Positions 25,791 to 39,360 of a stretch of 64,000 nt of DNA are shown here, one piece after another. Source of the stretch: Octopus bimaculoides (taxonomy: Eukaryota); NCBI RefSeq assembly GCF_001194135.2, contig NC_068981.1, positions 100,347,932-100,411,931 on the forward strand, in the 5' to 3' direction. The first letter of the stretch is position 1, and every line of letters starts with the position of its first letter. The position numbers and the translations under genes were made by a program. Below the pieces are notes generated by a model. The model made no database searches. It was not told where the DNA came from and was given only the letters and a program-made list of their open reading frames with translations.

Positions 25791-25951
25791 ACATGATTAA
25801 ATAGTCACATATAGAACTTGAAACATAAAAATGTCCATTAATAAAAGATATAAAACTTTGCAAGTTAAAATAAACATAGAACGATGTTATGGCATGTCTA
25901 TTTACTTATGTCATGTGTGTGTATATACACACACATATATAAATATACATA

Positions 25952-25985
<34 letters not shown>

Positions 25986-26047
25986 TATACACACTCATAC
26001 ATACACATGCATATTTATACATATAACATTGCATGTGCATATATATG

Positions 26048-26078
<31 letters not shown>

Positions 26079-26577
26079 AATTGTGTCTGCATATACATGT
26101 CTGTTGCTATTTCTTGGGTCAATGAACTCATTGTCATTGACAGCTTCATGTGAAAAACATCCAGTTTTGATCATTGGTAAAAGGAAATAAGGACTAGTAT
26201 CAGAAAGAGCAAACATGGAAAAATGGACTAAAAAGAAAGAAAAAGATGAGAGCATATTCTTAATATAAACAGATGTTATGTGAATGATAATATTTTGAAA
26301 ACAAAAGAGTTTAATATTTAATATCACGTGTGAGTGTGAAACTGATAAACTAAATACAATTTATGATAAAAGTTTGCAACTTTATTTTGATCAAAATACC
26401 AGCGACTTCAGAGTAAAACCTTTTACTACAGTTTGCTTGGATTTAGCATCTCTGACTACCACTCACTCCACTCTGTTTGCTTTTTTCGTCTTCCTCCACC
26501 TACATGACTGACAGGACACACATTGTGTTTTATTAACATTTACATATGTATATTAATGTACACATATGCTGACTTAA

Positions 26578-26968
26578 GTGGAGGCGCAATGGCCCAGTGG
26601 TTAGGGCAGCGGACTCGCGATCATAGGATCGCGGTTTCGTTTCCCAGACCGGGCGTTGTGAGTGTTTATTGAGCAAAAACACCTAAAGCTCCACAAGGCT
26701 CTGGCAGGGGATGGTGGCGAACCCTGCTGTTCTCTTTCACCACAACTTTCTCTCACTCTTAATTCCTGTTTCTGATGTTCTTGTAATTCAAACGCTCAGC
26801 CTTGTCACACTGTGTCATGCTGAATATCCCCGAGAACTACGTTAAGGGTACACGTCTCTGTGGAGTGCTCAGCCACTTGCATGTTAATTTCACGAGCAGG
26901 CTGATTCGTTGATCGGATCAACTGGAACACTCGACGTCGTAAGCGACGGAGTGCCAACAACAACAACA
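26578..26968 (+). mobile_element. SINE family B (tRNA-like head, (CAA)n tail), full-length
   Basis: A-box-like ggcccagtggttagg and B-box-like ggtttcgtttcc; 12-bp TSD atgctgacttaa at 26566-26577 and 26969-26980. Confidence 0.92.
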
Positions 26969-27276
26969 ATGCTGACTTAAACACATACTAATATAAAAAA
27001 ATATATATACATACACAGACACAAAAGATCTTAGCATTTTTACCATTCATGTAGTAAAATCATGATTTTATATACTAAGATACGATTCAAATGCATTTCA
27101 AACAAATACACAGAAAGGACCACAGAGAGAGGGGGTAAGAAAATGTGATGGCTGAAGGTGTGATGATGTCACAAACTTTACCACATTTTGATATTCTTCT
27201 TTGTTCCTTTCTATCTTTATGTTTAAATTTTCATTCCCTTCACTTTCACCCTCTCTCCCCCCTCTCTCTCTCTCAC

Positions 27277-27313
<37 letters not shown>

Positions 27314-28429
27314 CTCCCTCTTTCTGAATCTTTCTCTATTAAAGTTATTACCCTTAGCATTATGCAAAAGGTAGGTAGGTAAGTACTTACTATTGTAAAT
27401 AATTGTGATAATTATGAATGATAATTTCTAATAATCAAGAGAAAAAATTCTGAAACAAAAAGAAAAAGAAATAATGAAACTGCAAAGACAGTTTTTCAGA
27501 GAATATTTCCTAATCAGGGAGTCTATTGCATCTATTTTCATCGGTAATTTCATTTTATCTTTGTCTTTCATTTTGCAGCAACCACAAGACATGCAACTGA
27601 AGACAGCTGAGACCTAACACATGTGTAACAGTACATTAAGTTTAGAAGTATATCACAGTTGAGAGGCTTGAAATCGATTTTTGTAGGAAATAACTTGTTA
27701 TTAGACATACAATTTCAGGTAACATTTTAGACATTTAGTAATATATTTTCTTCCCTTTTCTTGCTGCTACCTGAAATGATGCACGCATATGCACCACATC
27801 TTAAGGAATACATTTTATAAATGAGCATGTATTACAATGTTTTTGTGAAATAGTGAAATACTGCAATGATCGAGTGATGCTAGCATTGAGGAACTGATGT
27901 TGAAATGTTGATGAGGGAGAGGGGGAGATAATGGTTATAGAGGGGGGTGAGGAGGATGATAATCATCATGATGACAATGATGAATATGATGATGATGATG
28001 ATGATGGAAATGACAACAACAATGCTGAACAGCAATGATGATGGTGAGAAGGAGGAAGAGGAGGAGAAGAAGATGAGGTGGTTGATGCATTAGTTTCTTT
28101 TTCAAGTAATTTGGCTACAGAGCAATGACCAAAGAGTATTGTTAATAATAAGACATCGTTCTAGTGTACAATGAAAGGAATATATGAAGTAAATTCCATT
28201 TTCTGTTGTTAATGCAGTCTTTGAACTCTGAGATATTGAAGATTTAATATACGAATAATAATTACATTCTAAAATAATCATTTCTTTGACATGCATTCAA
28301 AGTCCATAATGGCTGGACAATACATGCAGAAAGAGAGGGAGAGAGAGACTCAACCTTCTAGAAATAGCAGCCAAACCTTCCAGAAAATAAAATGATACAT
28401 TTAATACTGTAGTCCTGGTTACAGCATCA

Positions 28430-28700
28430 TCATCATCTAGAAGTTACTGTCTCATATCTTTGGACTCATAAAGCTGGTTACCCTATTCCCATGACATATA
28501 AGGGATTGAGATTCACTACATTTCCCTGAATGAGATGCCAATCACTTTCAAGGTAACTCATTTACAACTGAGCAGACTGGAGCAATGTGAAATGAAGTGT
28601 TTTTACTCAAAAACACTAAGTACCACCCAGTCCAGGATTCAAACCCATGATCTTGTGAGCATGAAAGCAACATCCTAATCACAAATAGTACACACCTTCA
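28430..28700 (-). mobile_element. SINE family D (CORE-like), decayed
   Basis: Similar to 41150-41485. Confidence 0.6.
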
Positions 28701-30679
28701 CTGGTTATACTATTTTGAAAAAAATCTATTATAATAAATGTGAAAACTAATTTCTGTGTGTCAGTGTGTCACAATTCAATGACGCTCCAACTATTCCTCA
28801 TGATAGGGTGAGAGTAATAGTGATACTACATTTGAAATATCACTTTCCTGTTTGTATCATATGATACACATTCAACGCTTCTCAAAAACAAATGTTTGTT
28901 TATATACACACATGGTTGTTATACACACACACACATATATACAAAGATCTTCCACATTGTTTCCATCAACTGAGTTCATTCTCAAGGTATTGTTTGGCTT
29001 GGAGCTATAGTAGAAGACATTTACCCAAGGTGCTATGCAGTGGGGTTGAACCCAAATCTACATGGTTGCAAAGTGAGCTTCTTACCATGCCTACACTTAA
29101 CTAAAAGGTTTGTGGGTATCAGTAGGATTTTAAGTATGACTAGTTGGACACAGGCCATAATATTAATGTGCTAGGGAACAAAATGTACAGTTGTCAGTTC
29201 AGATGTTGGTAGAGCAAAAGAGATCAACAGAATATAGTACCAGACTTAAAAAATAAGTACTGGGGTCAATTTTTTCAACTGAACCATTCAAAGTAGTGCC
29301 CCAGCATGACCACAATCCAATAACTGAAATAAGTAGAAGATAAAAGGTAAAATATTATTCATATGCATAGGACCATGTCAGCCACAAAACCATAAACATT
29401 CTAAAGAGTGTCCCACTTGAGTTTTAATTTTACAGAGAATAAATCAATAAAAGATTTTGATTGAATGGCTTTAATTTCCAGTGTAAGTACCATGCTATAT
29501 TGCCATATTTATTACACTCATCATTGATAATTTTGTCATTTCCTCTTATAAGTCTTCTCCAATCATCTTCTTATGAATTGATATGACATGTCTTTTAATT
29601 TACGAGCAAATTTCTATTTCAGTTGATAAGTCCATCAAAGATTGGTAAATGTTCAACTACTATTGTACAATGAAAGGAAATTTGAATTCTGTGATGAAAT
29701 TAAAGAGATAAATGTTGATACTGGCATCATAGATTTAGAACCAAGCTATTGATATCACATTGTAGTTTGGCTTCATCACTGGGAAAGACTGACTAAAAGA
29801 TCGATGTGGATTTAGAAAATGGGTAAGTAAATATCATGAGAATGTTGTGATGGTGCAATAGGAAAGTAGAGGTAATGATGAAGGTATGATGTTGACAATG
29901 ATGATGGTGGTGGTGGTGGTGGTGGGGCTGGTGGTGATGATGGAGCAGGTGGTGGAGGTAGCAGTGGTAATGGTGCTGGAGTAAATTTACCCTCACTTCC
30001 AGGAGAAAATTTTGGCAATCTAGAGTGTAAATTTCACTTACCTGAGGGGTAACTATATTTACTGATTCTAAATATTTTATTTTTCAAGTATAATTTTTAA
30101 AAATCTGAAGTTCAAAACATATTTTGAAGTAGGCCTGTTTTATGAAAAAATATGAATTTATTTTTTTCTATCACTTTGGATTTAATGGTTTGTATTATAT
30201 AGTTTAATAACTGTGTTATTGCTAATGGAATCATCTAAATCAGAAGACTTTGTTTGGTTCTGGCATCTGTTCATCTTTAGTTCACAAATAAGTGGAACAA
30301 CATTGTTATGTGCTAGCTTTATTGTTATTGTCATGTGAATTTAAGAATGTTTAAAAGATGTATTTTGAATTCCTTCTTCTTTGTTGGTTGATTTATTATA
30401 GTAAAAAGTGTAAACTCAATTCACTGAACTAAACAAAGTTGAGGTAAATTTATTTTTAAAATGTTACCAAAGGGTAAACAGAATGGAAAAGTTTGAGAAC
30501 TCCTGAAATAAAAATTTCAACAGGTAAAAAAAAATTAGAGCTTTCACTTGTAATGAGTTTGTAGGTTTTTATTTATGTATTAAGTTGTGTAGAGTGAAGG
30601 TTTATACACAGTGTCTTGAAGTTGGACAGAAGTGAATTGCTGTGTTTCTCATTACCATAAAACACACATTACTATATAT

Positions 30680-31639
30680 ATATATATATATAAATAATAT
30701 ATAAATATATGCATATATCCATACATATATGTACATACCTACATTTATATGTATACATACATGCATATATGGGTACAGGACATCAAAAAAAGGTTAAACA
30801 CAATGAGAAACGAAAACATAAAAACAAACAGAGAAACGAGACATGCAACATAAAGAGTATACCCCTTCGTCAGTTGCCCCTGTTCCATCTACTCTGCGTT
30901 TTGAAGGCAAAGACAATACGCGACTTCATTGGAACAGTCCTTCCCACAAAGCAAATTAAATAAAATTTGGAATTTTTTGCGGAGGGTGAAAGTGTAAACA
31001 AGAACAGGACAGTGAGAACAAGACAGTAGAAACAGTAAGAACAAGACAGTGAGAACAAGACTGTAAAAACAAACAGTGAGGGCTGTTAAGCCAAGACAAT
31101 AGAAAAATCATTATGAATGCTAGATAGACGTACATGAGAGAAGAAACAGAAACTAGCACGTCTTTTCTTTAGGAAGGCAGTGGGCAGAAAGAGAGATCTC
31201 CTTTCGTCACGTGTCAGCAATGAGACAGTCAAGGAGGAAGAGTGAGAGAGAGAGAGGGAACGGTGAAAGGGAGAGAAGAATAGGGAAATGGTTGGAGAGA
31301 AAAACAGAAAGGATGAAGACCAAGAGAGGGAGAGAGATAGACAGGGAAGTGATAGTAATAGTAGTAGAGTGCGCATTGTAATTATTAAGATAAAACTTAC
31401 TTGGATAAGGATGCGTGGCATTCGATCATATAATAATATAAATAATATATAAATATATGCATATATCCATACATGCCTGTATGTATACATATAGATGTAG
31501 GTATGTACATATATGTATGGATACATGCATATATTTATATAATATTTATATTATTACATGATCGAACACCACGCATCCTTTACCAAGTAAGTTTTATCTT
31601 AATAATTACAATGCACACTCTACTACTATTACTATCACT
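30680..31639. mobile_element. Non-coding repeat ending in a ~290-bp palindrome (31347-31639), possibly PLE-derived
   Basis: Arm 31347-31470 is the reverse complement of 31520-31639; the central AT-rich block is also present at ~30685-30770. Confidence 0.6.
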
Positions 31640-31742
31640 AGAATAAGAATAGGCTGAGTAAAGTTCAGAAAGTTTCTACTTTTGTTGACAACAAAGGGGC
31701 TTTCTCTCAGAGTGAAAGGTAGATTGTATGATGCTTGTGTGT
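31638..31742 (+). mobile_element. RTE thumb fragment, inverted relative to the adjacent RT core
   Basis: RIRIG*VKFRKFLLLLTTKGLSLRVKGRLYDACV. Confidence 0.85.
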
Positions 31743-31743
31743 G

Positions 31744-32125
31744 AACAAGGTCATCGGTATAGAGGAGCTCCCAGGGGCAGCCTGACTTAAATTCCTCTGT
31801 TATTACCTGGAGGATTATGATGAACAAGAGGGGGCTTGTTCATCAGTGAACTCCTAATTGTACACTGAATTTATTGCTATACTCGTTGCCAACCCTCACC
31901 TTACTGACAGTATCCCTGTACATGGATTGTACAGCTCTCACTAGCTACTCCTCTATCCCTAGTTTCAGCAATGACTACCAGATAAAGGAATAGGGGTCTC
32001 TGTCGAAGGCTTTCTCCATGTCAACAAAAGTCAAGTACAGAGGTTTATTTTTGGCTTGGGATTTTTCCTGCAGCTGCTTTACCAGGAATATAGCATCAGT
32101 GGTGCTTCTTCCTGGCACAAAACCA
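31744..32125 (-). mobile_element. RTE reverse-transcriptase core fragment
   Basis: GFVPGRSTTDAIF...FVDMEKAFDR...SPLLFIIILQVITEEFKSGCPWELLYTDDLV. Confidence 0.93.
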
Positions 32126-32214
32126 AACTATATATATATTGCTTTCCAACCAAATGGTTCCAAGTCCAATCAGACTGCGTGGCACATTGGGCAAGTGATA
32201 TACATATATTGCTT

Positions 32215-33180
32215 TCCAACCACATGGTTCAGAGTTTAATCCCACTGTGTGGCATCTGCGGCAAATGTCTTCTACTATAGCCTTGGGCCAACCAAAGCCC
32301 TGTGAGTAGCCTTGGTAGATGGAAACTGAGAGAAGCCCATCATATATATATATATATATATANNNNNNNNNNNNNNNNNNNNNNNNNNNNNNNNNNNNNN
32401 NNNNNNNNNNNNNNNNNNNNNNNNNNNNNNNNNNNNNNNNNNNNNNNNNNNNNNNNNNNNNNNNNNNNNNNNNNNNNNNNNNNNNNNNNNNNNNNNNNNN
32501 NNNNNNNNNNNNNNNNNNNNNNNNNNNNNNNNNNNNNNNNNNNNNNNNNNNNNNNNNNNNNNNNNNNNTAAAAAAATAATATATAAAAAAAATAAATATA
32601 CCAATACATTATATTGTCTTTGAGCTTTTAAAGTTCAATGGTAATCCATGTAGATAATAGTTGGAAAAATTAGGAAGCATGAAATTGAGAGTTGTGTTTG
32701 GTTTAAAAAATGAAAGGGGGCTGAAAGTTTGTGTTAAGCAAGAAGTGTGGCGTCAAAACAGGAAGTGTGGTGTCAAAACAGGAAGTGTGTGCAAGGGAAG
32801 ACAATTCTGTGGGTTTTATACTCTTTAGTTGGAGTTCTGGACTCTTTGTCAACAGGAAGTTTATGTCTGTTCTCAGAGAAATATGGTCACGGGGGGGGGG
32901 GTTTAAGAAGTGGTTGGAATTTCTCTATAAAAAGATTCTCCTTGTTGATTCTTTGTTGTGTGGAGATTCTATCTTTACATTGATAGAAAGGGAATATACA
33001 TTTGTGTATCAGTGTTTGTCTCCCCACCATGACTTGACAACCATAACCTAACAGTTCAGCAAAACAGTATGATAGAATAGGTACTAGGCTTAAAAAGAAT
33101 AAGTCCTGGGGTTGATTTGTTCAACTAAAGGAGGTGCTCCAGCATGGCCAGTCAAAATTACTGAGACAAATTAAAGAATA
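32215..33180 (+). mobile_element. SINE family A split into head (32215-32345) and tail (33030-33180) by a gap and a ~450-bp unrelated insert
   Basis: Head and tail match 53699-54097; the intervening 32580-33030 does not. Confidence 0.7.
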
Positions 33181-33694
33181 CATCAACTTCTCTGTACTAG
33201 ACAACACATCAACAATTCATACACCCATAATGTCATACATAACACAATCACTGCCCCAGTACATGCCACTACAACCCCAAATGATAATGCTATATACAGC
33301 TTCCCAAAATTACAATAATAATACACTAATGCTACTATACATCATCCCAACCTTGCCATATAATGAAACAAAAACACATGACTATACAGCACAAGCAGCA
33401 CCAATACAGAACACGCCAACACCATCATGCACAACACCCAATTCAACTCCTTACTGTATTCTGCCCTAAACACGTTGTACTACACTTAACTGTTCTCATC
33501 TAGCAAGAGAACAAACACTTCTTGCATTAATTCATTTTGAATAATGTTGTCTTCATTATTAACAATTTTTATAACTAACTCCTTTCAAACATAATTTGAC
33601 TTCTGGCTATATATAAATAATCATATATGCATAACCATGCATAAATTATCATTCATACATATTCATTGTTGTCTTAATATTCATCTTTGATAGC

Positions 33695-33890
33695 GTGATG
33701 AGCTGGCAGAAACATTAACATGCCCACAAAATACTTAGCAACATTTCATCCATCTTTACATCCTGAGTTTAAATTCTGCTTAAGTCAACTTTGCCTTTCA
33801 TCCTTTCAGGGTTGATAAAATAAGTACCAGTTGAGTACTGGGGTCAATGTAATCAACATACCCTTGCCCTAAAAATGTGTCAAAATTTGA
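33695..33890 (+). mobile_element. SINE family C
   Basis: gagctggcagaaacattaac...ctttgcctttcatcctttcagggttgataaaataagtacc. Confidence 0.8.
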
Positions 33891-34039
33891 AACCAATATT
33901 TGTCTTTGATGCTACCATGGGTTGGATGGTTTGATAGGATCCAATGGAGCCAAGAACTGCATAATACTCCAATGTCTATTTTGGCATGATTTCTGCAACC
34001 AAATGCCCTCCTTAATACCAACCATAGATAATCATACAT

Positions 34040-34354
34040 ACAGGTGTGGCTGTGGCTGTGAAGCCTGTGGCGAGGAAGCTGGGAGTGTTTGGCACTAGGT
34101 AAGTAGGAGCCAAAAACAAGGGAAAGGAAAAGCAAGGGGTCTACCCCGGTGGTCAGATGCCTATCCTTCAGGAAAGCCATTACAAATTGCATCTGTAATG
34201 AGCAATACTTCAATCGAACATTGTAAATAATTTTTATTGTTATTTAAATTTGTAAATATTTAATCGATACAGCTTCTTTACCCCTTTTATGTTTGTCTGT
34301 CCTTGTTCGTCCCCTCTTTGTAATGCCTTTATGGCAAATATTTATGAAATAAAG
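34040..34354 (+). mobile_element. Probable 3' UTR of a second L1/Tx1-related copy
   Basis: Resembles the reverse complement of 3172-3455 (aaaaacaagggaaa...ttgtaaat...ttgtc...tatggc..aataaagaag). Confidence 0.4.
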
Positions 34355-34710
34355 AAGTTTGCTTCCCAACCACATGGTTCCAGGTTCAGTTCCACTGTGT
34401 AGCACCTTGAACAAGTGTCTTCTACTATAGCCTCAGACCAACCAAAGTATTGTGAGTGGATTTGGTAGATGGAAACTGAAAGAAGCCCATCATATATATT
34501 ATGTATATATTTATATGTGTGTGTCTGTGTTTGTCTCCCCGCCATCACTTGTTCCTGTAACTTAGTGGTTCAGCAAAAGAAACCAATAGAATAAGTATTA
34601 GGCTTAGAAAAGCATAAGTCCTGGGGTCAATTTCTTCGACTAAAACCCTTTAAGGTGATGCTCCAGCATGGCCACAGTTAAATGATGGAAGCAAGTAATA
34701 GAATAAAATA
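34354..34710 (+). mobile_element. SINE family A, near-complete
   Basis: Head, microsatellite and tail. Confidence 0.85.
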
Positions 34711-34724
34711 ATACATAATGGTTT

Positions 34725-35355
34725 CTAATTTGAGCTCAAGGTCAGAAATTTTGAGAGGATGGGGGATAGTCAGTATCTTCAAGCCCAGTACTGGACTCGC
34801 ACTTTATCAACTCCATTGAATTTGAACTCAAAATGAAAAGAATCAGAACAAGCTTTTTCTTCTGTTGCTCTAACAATCCTGCCAGCTCATCACCCATAAT
34901 GAATACATAATTCTTTCTACTCTAGGCACAAGACCTGGAATTTTGGAGGAGGAGGCTAGTTGACTGCATCGATCCCCTAGTGCTCAAATGATACTTATTT
35001 TATCAATCCTGAGAGGATGAAAGGCAGTCAGCCATGGCAGAATTTGAACTCACAATGTAAAGTCAAAAGAAATGATACTAAGCATTTTCTCTGGCATGCT
35101 AATGATTCTGCCAGCTTGTCATTCTTTTCATGCTTACATAACCCTTTCCACTATAGGCACAAGGCCTGAAATTTGGGGGAGGAGTATAGTCAATTATATC
35201 GACCCCAGTACTCAACCGGTACTTATTTTATTGACCCCGATAGGATGAAATGCAAAGTTAACCTTGGTGGAATTTGAACTCAGAATGTGCAGATGGAGAA
35301 AATGTCATTAAGCATTATCCCAGCATGATAATGGCTCTGCTAGCTTGCCACTCTT
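34725..35355 (-). mobile_element. Three consecutive same-orientation SINE family C copies
   Basis: Units at ~34725-34890, 34910-35125 and 35145-35355, each with gaatttgaactca and gccagct. Confidence 0.75.
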
Positions 35356-36469
35356 ATCATGCTTATGTAATGAAACATATTTTGACTCTTAATCAAACTA
35401 GAATTTAACCAGTTAAATTTTTGCAGAAAATTTACTTTATTCTATTAAGTACATTGTGCAGTAACTTCTCCATAAAGCGGATTATAAAATGTCTTCCATT
35501 TCATTTCACTAGTGACAAATACCAAATACAGCTTAACCTAACTGATAGGCTTAATCCTTCAGATAAACTCTGAGTTATCAGAAATAGTTCAAGTCATGTT
35601 CCTTAATTCCAAACATATCTAATAAATCAATTTAAAGCATTTCTTTCATGATTCTGACACAAGATTGTTGTTATTGGGGGTGGTGGTGGTGGTGGTTGCG
35701 GCAGTGGTGGTGGTGGTGAAGAGGAGAAGGATTTATTGATTTCTTATATAGAACATAAGGCCCAAGATTTATAGAGAAAGGGAATGAAATTATGTGATAT
35801 TTGTATACCTCTAGAGATAAAGTTTAAAGGTGTTGGCTTATACACTAAAGAAAGATGCTAAAGAAAGTGGAATCAATTTTGCAAAATACAAAAGGAATAA
35901 GAGTGTTAATATTTAAAATTCTTTTCAAAATGAATTTTTGTACCGCAATAGATAAATTGTATTACTGCATAGAAACAATTCTCAATAAATTTAGTTGGGA
36001 AATATAAAAATCAAACCTAGTGACAACAGTTAGAAACTATCAAAGAAGCAGGGAGATAATTTCAAGAAATTAAAAATGAATCCCTCAGAGTTAATTTACA
36101 TGCTTAAAGAAAAGAAATTAGATATTTGCAAGCAAAAGATAATTATATTAGATGACATCAGCATAGTATACTCTGCTTAAGTCCACTTGTAGAATTCACA
36201 AAAATTTCTATTTCACTTTAGGAAAAGAGTTGTGTAATTTTCAGCTAGCGTATTTTGTACAAAAGAAATTAGAAAATGTTAAAGAAATAACTCTATACTA
36301 TGCTGATGAAGTTGAATGTAATGAAATATGTCCATAGTTGGATGTCCACATTCAAAGAAATGTAAATAAATAAGCATTACATTTGACAAAATAATCTGAA
36401 TGCTAAAGGGTTAACTTCCTTAACTCATTTTATTGAGAGCTCTTGACTTCTTTACTATAGACATGGGAT

Positions 36470-36690
36470 TAGAATGTCATTGGAAATAATCCCATGACAA
36501 ATTCTTCATGCTGAACCAATTTGCAGGAGAACTAGGGTAGACCAAGAACAAGATGGTTGGATAATATCCATAGTCCCAGTTGATCATGCTTGGGAATCCA
36601 ACTGGAATTTCCAGGGGTGGTTGCTTCTGATAGGACTCTATGGAAGAGGTGCCCGAGGACTCTATCCCCATGATCTTCCAAGAAATAGGG
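36470..36690 (+). mobile_element. RTE-type ORF C-terminal/3' fragment
   Basis: RT-RGRPRTRWLDNI motif (agaactagggtagaccaagaacaagatggttggataatatc). Confidence 0.65.
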
Positions 36691-38107
36691 GGTGGAGAAG
36701 ATGGATGAGGTTGATGAAGTTATAAAAATTATATATTTTATCAGAGAGATAACTCATCTTTCTAAAATAAAAGTGGCTGGCTGATATATCAACCAAGTTG
36801 TCTTATAAAGGATAAGTTTATTTGACTGAGGGAGTTGTCATGAAATGCCTCTGTCTGGAAATTGAATTTGGAACTATGTTGCAAATATAGACAGCTTCAC
36901 AATGGGTTCAGTGTAAAGTCCTTGTGACTAACTATAGATCAGTAACTACATATTGGTTTTAAATTTTGGCACAAGGTAGGAAGTTCAGGAGAGGAATTAG
37001 TCGATTACATCGATCCCAGTGTTTAACTGTTACCTACTTTATCAATGCCAAAAAGATGAAAGGCAAAGTCAGCCACAGATGAAATGCTACTTAGCATTTT
37101 GCCCAGCATGCTAACAATTCTGTCAGCTCACCACCTTAAACGGTAAATATATATTGCCTGTAATTTCATTGCCTACTATTTTCATTGTAAGGTGAGCTAT
37201 TATATAATCAGTAACTTCATCATCATGCCAACTATACTGTCAGGAAATCCATCATCTTGCTTTTTATCAGCAGAGTAAACACATTACTATACATCATTTC
37301 ATGTTTTTATTTGCAAAGTTAAATACATAGCATTTTATTAATAATGAAAATAAAATAAAGACAAAAAATTCCACCCTACAATATGGAAGTTTTTTTAGAA
37401 ATCTTAGAAAAGGAACAATCAAGAAATAAAGTAATAATCAAACTTTATATTACAAAAAAAAAATATATAATGATAGTACAGTAAGAATTTAACACCTCAT
37501 CAATGAATATGTAGGAGATCAATAGATTGTTTACAGATATAAGAACAATAATAGATTATATATGTATTTGTTTTTATTTCCTATACAATAACAAAAAAAC
37601 ATAACCTCTTCTGATCTTATCAATACAAAAATATTATGATAATTACACAGCATGTGGTTTGTAAAGAAAAATTCAAGAGAGGTAAGAATTCAGTAAGAAA
37701 TAACATCAAACAAGACAAGATTTACATAAATGGATTTGTTAAAATGTGCACACATAAAATCATCCAGATATTTTGTATTCTTGTAAAAGTGTAAAAAGAA
37801 CATTGTACTTATATATTTTCATGTTTTACAAAGTCAATTACATAATGTGTGTAGAAAATGTTCATGTCAATGGAATAATTTGTGTTGTAGAACCAAATGT
37901 ATTGCAGCATTATAACTAGACATCAGTAAAAAAAAAATCAGATAATGCATGTGAGTTTAAACTGGTAGAAATTATTCTGTCAAGGTTATACCAAAGATTA
38001 ACTGCTTGCTAAGCAAGAAAAGGAGGAAAATGAGGCAACTTTGGTACAATTGCTGATGACAACTAAGAGAGAAAGTTACAGTAAGACAGCAGTTAGCTGT
38101 TTAGCAT

Positions 38108-38326
38108 TTAACCTTCAGCATTCAGATTTCTCTGTCAAATGTAATGCTTATTTATTCACATTGATATGAATTAGTCATGTCTTACCATGTAGCTTTGAGA
38201 TTTCAATGATGTGATTTTTTTTATTTTTAGAACAACATCATAGAGTAAGTGTGACAGGCCAGTTTGAAGCTAAAAGAGGTGAATTATTTTGGTCGGATAT
38301 GGTCAGTTTAAATGCTAAAGTGTGAA
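38108..38326. mobile_element. piggyBac-like MITE
   Basis: ttaaccttcagcatt...aatgctaaagtgtgaa; same family as 23763-23979. Confidence 0.65.
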
Positions 38327-38561
38327 ACCAGCCATATCCAACCAAAATTCTACATCTTTTATTTTTGAGTTGCTTCCATCATTAGGCTGTAGCCATGCAT
38401 GTGCACTGCCTTGAAGGGTTTTGTCAATTAAATCGACCCCAGTAGTTAATTTTTTTAAAGTCTGGTACTTCAGTCACTTTTACCAAACTGCAAAGTTACA
38501 GGGATGTAAACAAACTATCACTAGTTCTCAGGGATGAGACACACATGCACACATATACACA

Positions 38562-38607
<46 letters not shown>

Positions 38608-39360
38608 TACACACACACACACACACACATACACACACACACATATATGTAATATAATTCTATATAAACAAATACATTATATATTTATACACACACACAC
38701 ATATATATACATATACTTATATATATTTACATACATATATGCACATATACACACATGTCATTGACCACAACTTACAGACTTCAAAAAAAGTACTAGGGGC
38801 AATTTTTTTTCATTAAACCCTAACCATAGTCCAATGAATGAAACAAGTAAATGATAAAAGATAACAAAATTAAATAAATAAAATGTAGAACATGTAGGAT
38901 AACGTAATCTGAGATGAACTAAGCCTCAAAAGATAGCATGTCCAAACTAGAACACCTTTGATTGTAGGTCTGCTATACCAGAGCTGACCTAAGCAGAACA
39001 TCATCAAATGCATTTGAGAAACACCAAAACATCTCATTTATATGTTTCTCCTATTAAACAACCATCAATGGTGAAATGACAATATAGTTACATACAACAA
39101 TTATACAGCAGAGCCAGTCATCACACATGAATGAGTATAGCTTGGTAACATGTATGATGCTTTCACTAATTGTTTTAGGTCATGAGCAGATGTAGACCCC
39201 CTCTCAGTCTCTTCACCTTTGTTGCAACAGCACATCAAGGATATGACTGAAGGAAGAGAGCTGTGCCAGTATGCCCTATCTGGTATTCATTTACAGCTGA
39301 ATTGACTGAGGTAACCTTAAATAAAGTGCCTTGCTCAAAGGACACAATACAGTACTTGGT

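Noticed and set aside
26578-26660. tRNA-like sequence
   Set aside because: It is the head of a TSD-flanked SINE with a second copy at 39361-39750; no full cloverleaf is evident.
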